Positions 1-12,919 of a DNA stretch of 64,000 nt are shown one piece after another. This DNA comes from Pavona decussata (lineage: Eukaryota), in NCBI GenBank assembly GCA_977016875.1, contig CDRNST010000070.1, positions 744,001 through 808,000 of the forward strand. Direction: 5' to 3'. The notes beneath the pieces are model-generated. The model saw nothing but the letters and a program-made list of their open reading frames with translations, was not told where the DNA came from and did not search any database. How positions within the stretch are numbered: the stretch's first letter is position 1; each line of letters starts with the position of its first letter. The position numbers were made by a program, and so were the translations under genes.

Positions 1-823
1 AACGGTGTTACATTAATAGGAGTAGGAAAAATGATGAAACTCTTGATATTTATCAGTATTATTATACAGCTGTTTGCAGAAATTTTGAGCCCCCCAAAAT
101 ATATCGTTATATCCATATATCCGGCAATCTTTGGTAAAATTTGGTTTCCTTGTGCACAGGCTTCACGCATTTATTTTTCATATTCAAATTTGCAACCATA
201 TTACAACAAAAAGATTCTTCTTTTCCTCCGGTTTCACATAAATAGTAAATGTAACACCACTTCAGAAATATGGATATAGTGATATATTTTGGGGGGTTCG
301 TTTCGTAGTACCATATGTTACAAATATACGAAGAACTGCGAGGATAGTTTGGGCGACTGTGCAAATATTATCATTCAGGGCTTGAAGGGCGAATATGACT
401 TTAAATTAAGAAAGCTCTTTTGAAATTGTTTTTCTCTCAATATTAAGAGAGACTTGGTATAAATATTTTGCAGTTATGTATGTGTGTTATGTTATGTAAT
501 GTATATTATTTTTCCTTTCGTTTGTTTTTTTCAAAAAAGATAATTCTACCATATGTTACAAATAGCGACAATTTACCAGCTTTGTATGTTAAGGGTTAAG
601 TATTAGTTACATTATATACACTATTTTTTTTTCTTTCTTGTTAGCAAGCAAGAAAGAAAGACAAGTAACATTAACTAAGCAATAAATGACTGCAAAAAAC
701 ACTACATCCGTCGATCTCAAAAGTGGTAGACAACCACCAATCCTTAAAGTTAAGACTTGTACAAATATCATTCGGGATTGTTCTTCACGTAGAAACTAAT
801 TTTTATACTAAAATACTATGTTC

Positions 824-1408
824 TTACAGTTTCTTGTTGAAAATCCCTTCCATTTTACAAACCACTGATCCTTCGCCAAATCTCTTTCGTAAAACCCTTG
901 TTTTCATTCGCTCTGCGACCACTTTGTCGCTGGCCTCGACGACTCCTATTCGACGTCGCATGACTGAGGAATTTTCTTCTTGTTGTCTAAGTTCTTTTTC
1001 ACCTGCATCCAGGCCATCACATTTGACTTCTTTAGCGCGTTCTTCACTGGCCCTTCTCGGCAAACTGTTCTTATCTTGTTCATGTCCGCCCTCCTGAGTG
1101 TGGTTTTCAGCCGACGTTGAAGGGCCCTCACTGTTGAGTTCTTTAGCGCTTCCCTCATTGGCTGCACTCGAGTTTAGGCTCCTGGCGATGTCTTGTTCAT
1201 GTCCCTCACTTTGATTTTCAGCCACCGTTGAAGCGCTATCACGCAGATGCATCTGACTCTCTTCAAGGTTTATCGAGCACTCTGGAATATCCAACAATCG
1301 CTCACTTTTGGAGGAATCTATTTTCAACGATTCATTTGCACATTTTTCCTGGCTCTCTTTTCCGCTCAAATCTTGGCTCGCGATTGCAGCACTTAAACCA
1401 AACGCCAT
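824..1408 (-). CDS. Possible terminal exon or ORF of an unknown acidic low-complexity protein (194 aa)
   Basis: Long ORF in a GC-richer patch, with an internal repeat (STVAENQSEGHEQD / STSAENHTQEGGHEQD) and a possible acceptor near 1452. No recognisable domain. Confidence 0.3.
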   Translation of the reverse strand: MAFGLSAAIASQDLSGKESQEKCANESLKIDSSKSERLLDIPECSINLEESQMHLRDSASTVAENQSEGHEQDIARSLNSSAANEGSAKELNSEGPSTSAENHTQEGGHEQDKNSLPRRASEERAKEVKCDGLDAGEKELRQQEENSSVMRRRIGVVEASDKVVAERMKTRVLRKRFGEGSVVCKMEGIFNKKL

Positions 1409-2970
1409 TTCAGTCGACCCTTGAAGTGAAGAGCTAGTGCCCTCTGGAATTCTTCAGAAGTTGACAAGAAGTCGGGTAAACTCTGACCGTTACTGGTTTG
1501 AACGTATCACTGCTTCTTTGTTTACGTAAGTACTTTCGGTTGTTATTCAGATATTGAGTCACAAGACAACAAAATTGCATGAGACAACGCCTCATCCGGT
1601 TCTTTGAACCGACCGGGGATAACAGAACACCAAACGAACGTATATGCGTAGAACCACAGGGTTTTTTCTTTTGTTCATTTTTTGTTGGTTTTCTTTTTTG
1701 TGTTGTTTCATTTTTGCTTTTGCTTTTTTTTTTATTTTTACCGAATTTCCCAACTCTTTATTTCAACCACAGCCGGAGAGCAAGAAAGGATAACAACAAA
1801 CAAAAAAACAAACAAACTAAAAATAAAACTCGTCGATGTCAATGGACATCGGGAAAATTATCCAATGTGCATGCAACCAATCAACAACGAGATGATAAAT
1901 ACAACAAAACACGTTTATTCTTTGAACTGCCCGAGGAAAGAGATCGATCGTGATCCGAGAGATCCCTGTATGAAACAAAACAAAAATAAAAAATATATAT
2001 ATATATATTCTTCTTCTTTTATTATATTTCTAGTTTAATACTGTACATATTTTCCACTTCATTATGTATGTATGTACTTATTTTTGACTTTAGTAGCTGT
2101 TTAATTTTTTTTGTTAATATAGGCTTTAGGTAACACTTTAGTGAGGGACGTAGCTCCTGTTTCGGATTTTCCTGTCAATACTTGTCCTTTGTATTGCCAA
2201 ACTATTACAGTAAAGTACCGATTTTAACACAAAAAATGAGCCATTTGAAAACTAAGGAAATATAGTTAAGTTGTCCTTGTGCAAGACGTTCGTGTCAGTT
2301 TCATTTCTCAACGCGGCCTGTTTGTAAGACTGAAGATAGATAAAATTCCTGATGACACAGAGTCAACCTCGGGTATGATCATTCAGCTTGAGTGCAGGTC
2401 ACCAAGGTCTGATTCGCTGCCAGCTTTCGAAGCATTTCGATGAATGCCTCCAAAGATACGGGTGTTTTGAGATTTTTTCCAAATTAGGCTGCTGTGCCTC
2501 AATATCATGCAACCTCGTCTCTAAGAAGAGATCGGAGATGGTCCTGAAGACGAGGTTGGCGAAACTGACAATCGATCTGTTTTTATGGCCAAGCTGTACG
2601 TGAATAAGTGAAAGCATAGGCACGCAAAGCGTGCATGACTTATGTCGAAGTTTTTGAGGCTACCAGGTGGGCTATGAGAAATCACCGTGAAAAACACCCA
2701 GTCTTGCTCACTAGTCGAGGAAAAAAGAAACAAAGGACTTTTAAGTTTACCAGACAAGCAGTTGCTGTTTAGACTAGTTATTTTAAAAGGTCTTGCTTGT
2801 CTGTCATTACAAGTACGCTGTAAATTTTTTTGAAGGGTAACTGCTGTCATCAATAGTGCCGTGAAAAATAGTGAAATAAGAGAGGTGCTAGATAAATTGC
2901 AGGTGGGATTTAAGGTCGGTTTACATTGCATCGCTAAGGATTACACTTTTTATGATATAAAGGGAGCGAT

Positions 2971-3550
2971 CCCCGTGGGCGGGGGGGGGGGGGGTTAAAC
3001 TTGACCCGTGTTTGGGTATAGGGGTGCCGCTGGGGGTTTGAAACCCTGACCCTGTTTAGGACGAAAATAACCTTATACATACATACCCTGTGTAGGACAA
3101 CGCCCTCTATTTAAAGACGCTATTTACGACAAAGGACAACATCTAGCTCTTGTTTTACACAAGCGTTTATTGGCAATAGTAATTACATTTAAAGGCCCAC
3201 TGTCACTTAGCCGACGTGATGTTCCACTAGCTCATCCGAACACCAATCACAACAGATAAAATAATACATTACCTAGAAGTGATGACGAAAAATCCCAAAA
3301 TTTCGCATTAACAGCGGTGAACCTCTGGTGGAAACTTAATTGACGTGAAGCATTGTTCACTAAAATAAATACGGACAAACGTCTCTGATTTTGGATTGCC
3401 AAATACTCGACGACAGTCTTGTCTAGGACGGATCCAGGAGAGACTCCCCTGAATTTATATACCCTGTTCAGGGTATATAATATAAGGGGCCAAACGGGGT
3501 AGAGGGCAGATGGTACAGGACAGAGGGACCAAACGCCATACCCATATATT
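2971..3550. mobile_element. Degenerate MITE of a G-run-terminated family
   Basis: G-run terminus and repeated subterminal ACCCTGTTTAGGAC-like motifs. Similar sequence occurs at 11087-11405, 16370-16660 and 63818-64000. Confidence 0.5.
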
Positions 3551-3927
3551 AGTGACATCTTAGTACAATTTTAGCTAGTTATTTTAACTATTACTTTTCT
3601 TCGTCGAATTTTTTCTCGCCCGTTTCGACTTTTATCCTCGTCCTCGCTATCTGTCCCCCGGTCTCCAAGGAGGTGACCTTTCGCTAGAAGCACGCTGTTC
3701 ATTGGTTGTCAGCTCGCCCTAAACTACACTCAATCTGATTGGTGCCACATAGCGTTACACACAAACTGAACATAGATATGTTAATAAGATCAACATAGCT
3801 CTAAAGCGTTGAAAATTAAGCTGACTCAGTGACTGCCTCGTGCACGGTCAAACGAATTGCCCTATTCAGATCATCCCACAACAATCGCTGCATTGAACAC
3901 AGTCTGTTTCAATTCACCGATTTAGAA

Positions 3928-4852
3928 ATGGCTCTCAGGCTGATTATCGGTGTCCTAAAGAGACAATTTCCCAAAGTACCAGTAATAACAACCGATGAAC
4001 TCCAAAAATTAATGGAAACAACACAGACACAGCAACGAAAACTCGTCTTGTTGGTGAGTAAATTTTTAGTGCCGAGTATAGCTGAAATCTGATCGAATAC
4101 CTGAAACGGTTTTGTATCTCACGTTTAGGCTGTTTCAGTGACAAAATATGGGAAACATACGTCTGACTTGTTATAACCGTGTTGATATAAGTGTTCAGGG
4201 GTTATACACCACTGGTTATAGTCGGAAAGAAAGATAACTGGAGAACCTTAAATAACATTTCCGCTAAATTCAGTTCCATGCAAACACCCAAATTGTTACG
4301 ATAGGTGAGACTAAAGGGGCCCATACACAAATGCACTGCATACAAACCTAGAAAAGAATCCTTATAAGAACACAATTATCAATTATGCTAATTTTTCAAA
4401 AACGCTTATTGGGTAAATATATCTCGAATCATGCAAGAATTACAGCCACTGAATACCAGTTTTTTGCGCCAACAGGCGAGATTTACAAAGCATCCAGCCT
4501 GGGTTACACAGAACAGTAGCACTGTTGTAGGTTCCTGGGAGATTTCACATTTTATTTTATAAGTTCGAAGTTGTGCTATCTTTCAAGTACTGACAGTCCA
4601 ATTTGAATGTTAGTTGTCAAACCATTATCCGGCTCAGGTTGTAATACGCATAACGGCGTAACGAGTAACGACGTGACGGGGAGTTTTTTCAACTTATATT
4701 TTTTATTGTATATATATTTTTTTCTTCTCATAAAATGGTCTTTTTTTTTTTTTCATTTCATTTTCCGCTTTCATTTATAGAGTGAAAACAAGACTACAAG
4801 ATAACTAACTGGCAATTTTTTAGTGCTATTGAGGACAGATTATACTTTCATA

Positions 4853-4924
<72 letters not shown>

Positions 4925-7900
4925 TAATTTACATTTATATAGCGCAAACCTCTATATGGATATATGGATAAAGAGTGAACTCAGAATATTTGTATTAATT
5001 CTCAGTGTGTAGCTTTTATTTGTTCATCATAATACGAATTCATATTGAAGGAATTTTCTTAAATGGATAAAGAAGTAACGAGATTGTTTAATACAACGAA
5101 ATTTTCCATGTTAATACACACCTGCCAACACTCCCGGTTTTTTGCCTTTTCTCGCAGTCTACCGACAAAGACCTGAAATATCCTGATTTTTCTTAAAAAA
5201 AAAAAAAAACTGGACTGGTTTGATTTATAAAATGAAACTTCTAAAAGTTTCTTTAATTTAATCTAAAAAATCTGCGATTTAGCGCACGAATCACTTTTTG
5301 CTTCCACAAGGTAAAGGAGAGGACCCTGGGAACGAGTTTGAGATAAGTGGGGTCTAGTTTCAAGATTGGCTGCCACGCTTGTGCTGGACGAGTGAATCAA
5401 AAATTTTCTGTTACGTTCGTCGCCGTTTTTACATGTAACTGTACTCCGTAGTACAGTTGTGTTTATAATCAGCCTCCGCCTAGATATGAATTAAATAATG
5501 AAATCTCCAGATTTTTCCCTCAATCTCCAGGGCCCAGTTGTTCGAAAGCCGATTAACGCCAATCCAAGATTAAAGTTAGTCGAAGTTTTTATCTCGCTCG
5601 TTTAAAATGGTTTAAAAGGTTAATTTCTGGCTAAAGGTTAAGAAACGTCCAAGTCAAAACTGAGGGACAAATTAAACTCTAATCAAAGTTCTAGTTAATC
5701 TAGGCTTACCGTAATCGGCCTCCAGATTTTTCACCTTTGGGGGTTGGCAGGTCTATTAATGGCAAGCAAAATTTAAGCTCGCTTGCGTTTTCAATACGAT
5801 TAACAATTAGTGCGTAAACAACAAAAAACTAGAAGCTGAAAATCCACGTTTATTTTAATACGTCGATTCTCGAGACATAAGACTCCACAAATCCTTTTTC
5901 TTTTTTTTTTTTTAACCGAAATTTATCGTGAAATTTAAAGGAGAACTGGAATGGGGTTAGTGATAAAAATTCATTTTCGCTGTTGTATAGACTCCACCCA
6001 GAATTTCGTTTGTGTTTTGTGGCTCAAGTTCATTTTCAACTCGGAGTTAAAAATGAACTTGAGCCACAAAACACAAAAACGAAATTAATATAAATAATAG
6101 AGACATCCGTGAACTCTGATCGATAAGTTTTTGTGGCGGATAATTCAGTAAACCGCAAAAGGTGTGAGAATCACCACAAAAGCGTTTGAACAATCCCTCC
6201 CCTTGATCTGGCACCAGGTTTTAGCCAGAACTTTTGTTGATGTTATATATACTTTTTACCCCAACAGGACACGCGTGAAGAAAAAGAGTTTAAAGTAAGT
6301 CATCTTGCCAGGGCTGTGCAGCTAGACCCTGAAGAGAAGAACATGTCCAAGGTTTTCAAAATGATCCACCAAAAAGGTATGAGCCGAGAGAGTGCACCAG
6401 GTCCTGACCAGTTAACAAATCGACAGCAGTTTTCTATGGTTTGTACTCTTATAGACCGTAAAATGACGTCATAAAATGTTCAAAACTCAAGTGGAACCAC
6501 AAGCCGCAGGCGAGAGGAAATTCACTGCCAAGTTTCGATTTGTTTTTTGCAATAACATGGAAAAAAACACTAGAGGAATTTTCTTTATTTTCCGTTGAGA
6601 AAGCGCGCACGTTACATCTGACGTCATTCTTATTGTCTGTATACTCTTATTACCTACGAGCCAATCAGCGGGCGGGAATTTTGACGGTTATTGTAAAATT
6701 ATAAATATAATATTATATTATATATGTATATATAAAGCGATAAGGAATCTAGACCCCTCATGCCACCAACTTTTTTTTGAAAGGTCTGAAAGGAAACAGT
6801 ATCAGAGAATCAAAGATATTTTAACCTTTGTTGGAACTACAATGTTGAACAGAGGGTAAAGAAAGCCAGCAAGAGACTGTATTATTTGCGCGAATGTAGG
6901 AAAACAAATCTACCTACAGAGATCGGCACCACAGTATATTGTACTAAGAATTGCGTCCACTCCTCGAAAATGTATCCCCAGTTTGGGGTGGTCTGCCGAA
7001 ATACCATGCAGATGAGTTGCAGTCCACACAACCACAGGTCGGTGCGGTTTGGATATCACTGGGATACCAAGAATATCCCTTGCAATGTTGGAGGAAAGAT
7101 GAAAAGCAGCGACCAAGCGAGAAATGGAAAGAATTGTAAATGATAAAAACCACCCAAATCAAATTTTCATTACAAAGCCAAATACCAGCTACAGCTATAA
7201 CTTAAGGTGGGGCTCTACCTGAATTTGAGTGAAATTTGAAGAGTTTTAAGAATGGATAGAAGAAAGAAAATGATTTTTGGAACACTAACAGACAGTCGAC
7301 AACCACGCAAGAGCACCCCAGGTTGCTAGTGGACTAACTTGGTATCCGTCTATTAATTATTAACTACAAATTCTAATTTTAAAACTTCACTAAATCTTCA
7401 ACATTCCTTATTTCTTTTAATTTTACCAATCCTTCAAGAAAAATTATTTCCTTCCAAATATACCTAAAAATCACCCAAAAATTCATAAAACACCCCAAAT
7501 CATTAATTTGTGCTATGAATGGAGGGTTTTTGTATTGCTTGAAATGCAAACAAGATATTTTCATTTGACCGATTTTAAGCGGCGTGAAAATGGCTTTTAG
7601 GTGAACCCCCACCTTAAGGGGGGATTACACCTAAACGCCATTTTTCCGCCACTTGACATGGCTTTAATGGAAATATCTCGTTCACGTTTCAAGCAATCCA
7701 AAAACTCTACCGTCATCCTGTGAATCTGTGTTGTGGAGTGTTTTGTGAATTTTTGGATGATTTTTGGGTATATTTGGGAGGAGTAGTTTTTCTAAGGATT
7801 GTTAAAATTAAGAGAAATAAGAAACATTGAAGATTTAGTGAAATTTTAGAATTAGAATTTGTAGTTAATAATTAATAGACGGACACCAAGTTAGTCCACT

Positions 7901-10900
7901 AGCAACCTGGGGTGCTCTTGCGTGGGTATTAACTGTCTGTTGGTGTTCCAAAAATCATTTCTTTCTTCCATCTCTTCTTAAAACCTCCTCAAATTTCATT
8001 CAAATTTAGGTGTAATCCCCCCTCAAGATCGGTACTAGGCCCAGTAGGAATACCAAGCTCTACAACGAACCGCAAAGACATGCAAACTCTTTTATGTATG
8101 GCGCGGGCAGCAAGGCTCCTTTGTTTATACAATTGAATTGTGTATTTTTGACTTGAGTCTAACTGTATGTAAATCCAGATGATAAAGCATTATTTAACAT
8201 TTCATTTTTCTAGTTCTGAGGACATTGGTCACGCTATTGTTGGCAAATTGTCACGCTTAATTTTACTTTTTTCCTATTTCGTGGGGGGGGGGGGGGGGAT
8301 AGGGGGGTCAGAACCTCCCGCCTCCCGTACCTTTGCCTCCCGCCTCCCGCCCTTTTTCGCGTTTCTCCCGTCCCCTAGTAAATTAGAAGGCTTTAAAACC
8401 CGTATTAGTCATAGAGCTGTACCAGGACGTACCATTCGTCGTAGGCCGTTCATTTTTCATTTTTTTACTATATTTATTTTGATTAACGTTAGCATTATTG
8501 ATAGGTTTTGTACTCTGAGTTAATGAAATTTTGACTAACATAAAGACTTTTGTTCTTGAGCCATCGTAGCTTGATCAGATATAAAATACAAACAGCGGTG
8601 ATAAACATAATAAACTTGCGCATTTTATGTAACTTGACGTTTCATATTCCACGTCAAGCTAAAATGCGCAAGTTTATTATCTTTATCACCGCTGTTTGTA
8701 TTTAATTTTTGACTAACATGTTCGTCTTGTTTGACGGTTTAACCATTCTTTCAGTGTCAACAGTCTTAGTCCATCGTGCAGTGTAGTAGTTGTTGCATTT
8801 CTTAATTATTCATTTGTTGGGATCATGTAATTCAAATAGGGACATGGCGAGCTGGCAGCCAAACGCCCCAGTTAGAGTTCAGTACGTCTGCCTAATTCTT
8901 GGCGCTGTATTGCGGATCCATCGCATTTACTTGATACACTAATTATAATCTTGATATCTTTCTCGATATCCTTACTCCCTAAAACTGCGTAAAAAAAATT
9001 GCTTTTAGTTCGGGAAAAGGTAAAATGAAACTTTAGGACCTACTTTCAATCCAAGTTTTAAATCTCTGGGTTACTGGTGGTGAATTCTAAGCTCGTTGCT
9101 ACTGCTCTGAGGAAAGAATTACTGCATTAAATGCAAAAAAGCGTTCGAAATTAGGCAAACTGTTCATCAAAAAGAAGTCTTCATCAATGTGCCGAGGAGG
9201 CGGCACTGATCTCCTGCTACTCCTAATCCTACACCTTTTTTCTATAAAGTCGTTCCTGGTTGCTTCCCGTGCTGTTTGGCTGCCTATTGTGATAGGAATC
9301 GATTTTGCCTTGTCCAAAACGAAAAACAGCGTCGTGAAACGAACCACTCCACACTCTCCACGTGCTCATTGAAACAGCATTCTATTCGCAAATTCCCATA
9401 CACCATGCAGCAAAATCTTTAGTACGGTCCGATTGGCGGTCATTGGGAGCTAACTCCCAAGAAGGTCGTCCATGCCCCAGATTTCTCACTACCGTACTGA
9501 AAGATACTAAGAACTACTAAAATGGTCTTTGACGACATTGAATTTTTTTTTATATCTCTGATACTAAATTTACAAGACGCGTATGCTCACCTCTTTTGAG
9601 ACTACTAACAACTTGCGCGGCACTCACACATGTGTTTACATGCCACGCTTGACATTTCATGAGCTATGACGTAACACAATGAAAGGGTTTACAATTTCAC
9701 CGGAAGCAACCCTGTTTATCGCCTGAGCACGAATTTTTGTGTGCCCTTGGATATAAAATATTGTGTAAAGCCTCGGAGGACGCTAAATGGAGGACAAATA
9801 ACATTGTAAAACATTGTTGGGTTCTTTTTTTGATAGTATTCTAACGCATTAATAAGTAAAGAAATTCACTGCTTTGTATTGCTCTCCCGCTTCCCGTCCT
9901 CTTAGAACTCCCGCCTCCCGCCCTTTCCTCTCCCGTCTCCCGTACCCCTCCCGCCCCCTATTCTCCCGGGCTCCCGCCCCCCTGTCCCCCCCCACTATTT
10001 CACAACTATATAGTCAGTATAATAACACTAATCTTTAGTGACTCCAACCATACTCTAGAAAATTATATTATGAACTGGTCATGTTAGTTTTTTACGTTAA
10101 ATGCCAGCTGTCAGGCAATTTGATGTTTGGCCAAACAAAATCACGCTATTTTACGCAAATAAGTCACGCTAGATATTTGATTCTGAGTCACGCCATGTAA
10201 CATAAGGTGTATTTTTCATGCCGTCATGCTTCTTTGGGTGACTGTCACATATGTTAAAAATTATTAAAAGCACATAATTAATCAGGTGGAGGCAAAGGAT
10301 GAAAACCAGGGCGCAGAAAAGAATGGGCGGTGCCCATTCTTTTCTGCCCCCTGGTGAAAACGTTTGGTGAACCTTTTCCTGTCCAATAGGGATTCACTTA
10401 TGGATGGACACAGTCAATCGACTCAACTTAGTTTAACTACAGGTTTGATGGCTTGTCTTACATTTGCTTTAAGACAGGTCTCCTCTTTTTAACCTTCAAA
10501 ATGCTGTCACACCAAGTCACATAACTTTAGTTCTCTTGCACAACAAAAATTCGCACAATCAGCGAGCAGCTCTAGGTGGTTTAAAATTATCCTCTCTAAA
10601 ATAAAACTTAATGCACTCTTTTTCAGCTGGGCCACCACAAGACCCTAAAACAGTAGTGTGCTACTGTGCAGTTGGTTACCGAGCAAGTATCATGTCGCAG
10701 CGGCTGTTAGACCAGCTTGAAAAACCAGAAAGTCAAGATGTGAAGCTAGACATAAAGGTGTACAACCTGGAAGGGGCTATTTTTAAATGGGGTAATGAGA
10801 GAAAGGAGCTCATGGACCCCAATGGTAGCAGTACACAATTTGTCCATGCAGTTGATCGCTTTTGGGGAATGCTTGTGCATAAAGACATAAGGAAATTAGA

Positions 10901-10907
10901 CCCTTAA
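3928..10907 (+). CDS. Single-domain rhodanese / sulfurtransferase-like protein, 3 exons (3928-4053, 6268-6376, 10627-10907), ~171 aa
   Basis: Exons join in frame at GT-AG sites (phases 0, 1). The protein reads ITTDEL...LVLL|DTREEKEFKVSHLARA...VVCYCAVGYRAS...VYNLEGAIFKW. This matches the rhodanese motifs D-x-R-xx-E-F-xx-SH, the active-site loop C-x-x-G-x-R and NLxG. Confidence 0.85.
4850..4927. repeat. (AAT)n microsatellite
   Basis: Read directly. Confidence 0.95.
5120..5753. mobile_element. TIR element (ACCTGCCAAC...GTTGGCAGGT) with nested MITE fragments
   Basis: 10-bp inverted termini. Internal fragments of other repeat families lie at ~5318-5340 and ~5531-5720. Confidence 0.5.
7206..8022. 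mobile_element. Two inverted copies of a ~405-bp TTAA-targeting non-autonomous transposon (Kolobok-like GG ends): 7206-7613 and 7618-8022
   Basis: TTAA at 7202-7205 and 7614-7617, TCAA at 8023-8026. Each copy has its own TIRs, and copy 2 is the reverse complement of copy 1. Confidence 0.8.
8281..9995. mobile_element. 1.7-kb non-autonomous TIR element with subterminal CTCCCG repeats
   Basis: GTGGGGGG...CCCCCCAC ends, flanked by the direct repeat TATTTC (8275-8280 / 9996-10001). Confidence 0.75.
10306..10354. mobile_element. 49-bp hairpin mini-element, CCAGG...CCTGG, 6-bp TSD TGAAAA
   Basis: Near-perfect inverted repeat. TGAAAA at 10300-10305 and 10355-10360. Confidence 0.75.
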
Positions 10908-12919
10908 AGAACCTGTCCATCAACAATCATTTCATTATACTGCATCACACAATAGATGATTTCCCATTGTATGGGGGTTTGCTATTGTGAAAACACAATA
11001 CCAGGTGAAAGGGAAGCATTGAAAACAAACTCCAGAGGTTTTGATATAAACAGGTTTTTACCATTTTTAGTATGTCAATTGGAATGCTGGGGGTGGGGGA
11101 CTCCCATATAAAAATGGCCGGAGTGATCATTGGAAAACAACCCCTAAAAGGTACCGGAATTCTTTTTTTTGTGTGGGCGTGGTCTGAACAATTTTTTTAC
11201 CCCTTCGAGGTACCAAATCAGTTGACTGACATTTACCTCCTCTCATATGTTTCGGCTCAATACCCTACAAGGTACCACCATACCTCTGACGAAAGTCATC
11301 TTGGATATTAGCAACCTAAGGGGTACCAAACTGCAAATTTTAACCCCTAAAATGTATGACTATTACCCCTGTCACTTTTTTATGGGAGTTCCCCTCCCCC
11401 CAGGGTTGGAATGCTACATGGTCCCACAGCCTACCAGTTTTTAGTTCAGATATTTCACTCTAAAGTTATTTCAGGTAGCCACTGTACCCCTATTATTTGT
11501 GTCTTATATAGTCAGTGCTTTATGTAAACTATGGGGTTAATAAAGTTGGTTATTGTTGTTGTTCATATTTGCAATCAACCGTTACTTTGAACATTGATAA
11601 ATTGAAACATGGCCAAACAGAAGTTTAACTTTGGTTAATAAACTGTTATTAACTGGTTTGGGTGACTCTCAATAGCAAGTAGCAAGCAAGTATAGCAAGT
11701 AAGACTTAATACTAGTGTTTTTCAAATAAGCCTGTTACAAAAAGATTGGTCAAAAGGACTAGAGGAATTTCATTTGATACATTTTTGGCTGCAGTCATAC
11801 TTGACACTGTAGTAGGGAAATCAACAAAAATTCAGTGCAAAGTTACGTGAATTTAATTTATTTTGTATCATTTAATAATAATCTAGCTGACAGAAATGTC
11901 ACACTTGAATTAAGTAAATAAAAAATGGCAAAAATATATATATATAAAAATAAATAGTTTGCTACAAGAAGTTAAGATCTAGACAAATAAATAACACACT
12001 AATCCATAACTATTAGTTGCTTTAAGGTACCTTCATTACAATTCATGTAAGACAAATTAAACAATATAAAATGCCAATAACATTGTTATCTTTTGTTTAA
12101 TTTTGAGAACTAAACAATGGATGTTATTTGTTACACGTAAGAAGTTCTGTGAAATACCCCAAAAGGTTTTTTTTTAATGTTCATCCACATTTTCCCATAC
12201 TATTTTAATATGTGCAGCCTTTATGTACTAACACAACAAAAACATCCATTAAGATAAACTTACACCATGGCCCAATTTATTACTGTTTGTTTAATAACAA
12301 ATAACCATTTAAAGGTTATTCTTTGACTCAAATCTAAATTTTTTTTTGGCTGCTTTTACTTTAGGGTACAGTTTGAAAGTAGCCAAACCACAAGGATGAT
12401 ACAAAGAATTTAAATAAAAATTCCAATTATTACACAAACTATAAATTAAATTGATGCTTAACCCTTTTTAATTTAACCACCAATATCAACATGTATATTT
12501 TCATTACGGTGATCAGTATATTTCTTTTGGTATTGTTGGGTGGGTTTCTTAAAAAAAATAACAATAATAATAACAAGAATTGGTAATCAACTCCTAAAAT
12601 CTTGTGTGCTAAATATTCAGTCAAGTAGTGATATTGTTATTGGTCACCATTGAGGCTTAACAAGTGGAAAACCCTGCTGGAGAATTAGAGAATTCTAAAA
12701 CTAAAGAAAAGCACCAACATAATAATTTATTCAGAACTAAAACAACATGATAAAGGAACTTTTGGCTCACAGCTACATCATTCTTTCATAGGGGAATCTA
12801 ATGGGGCCATCGTATGGTACCACTCACATTTTTCTTTAAATATCGAAATGTGTATTACTTTATTCTTGGGCCAAAAGGGTTGCTGTCTCAAATTGGACTG
12901 GCAGGCTAAATTCTATTTT

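Noticed and set aside
1-560. Possible decayed 3' end of a LINE
   Set aside because: I could not recover a convincing RT or zinc-finger motif by eye.
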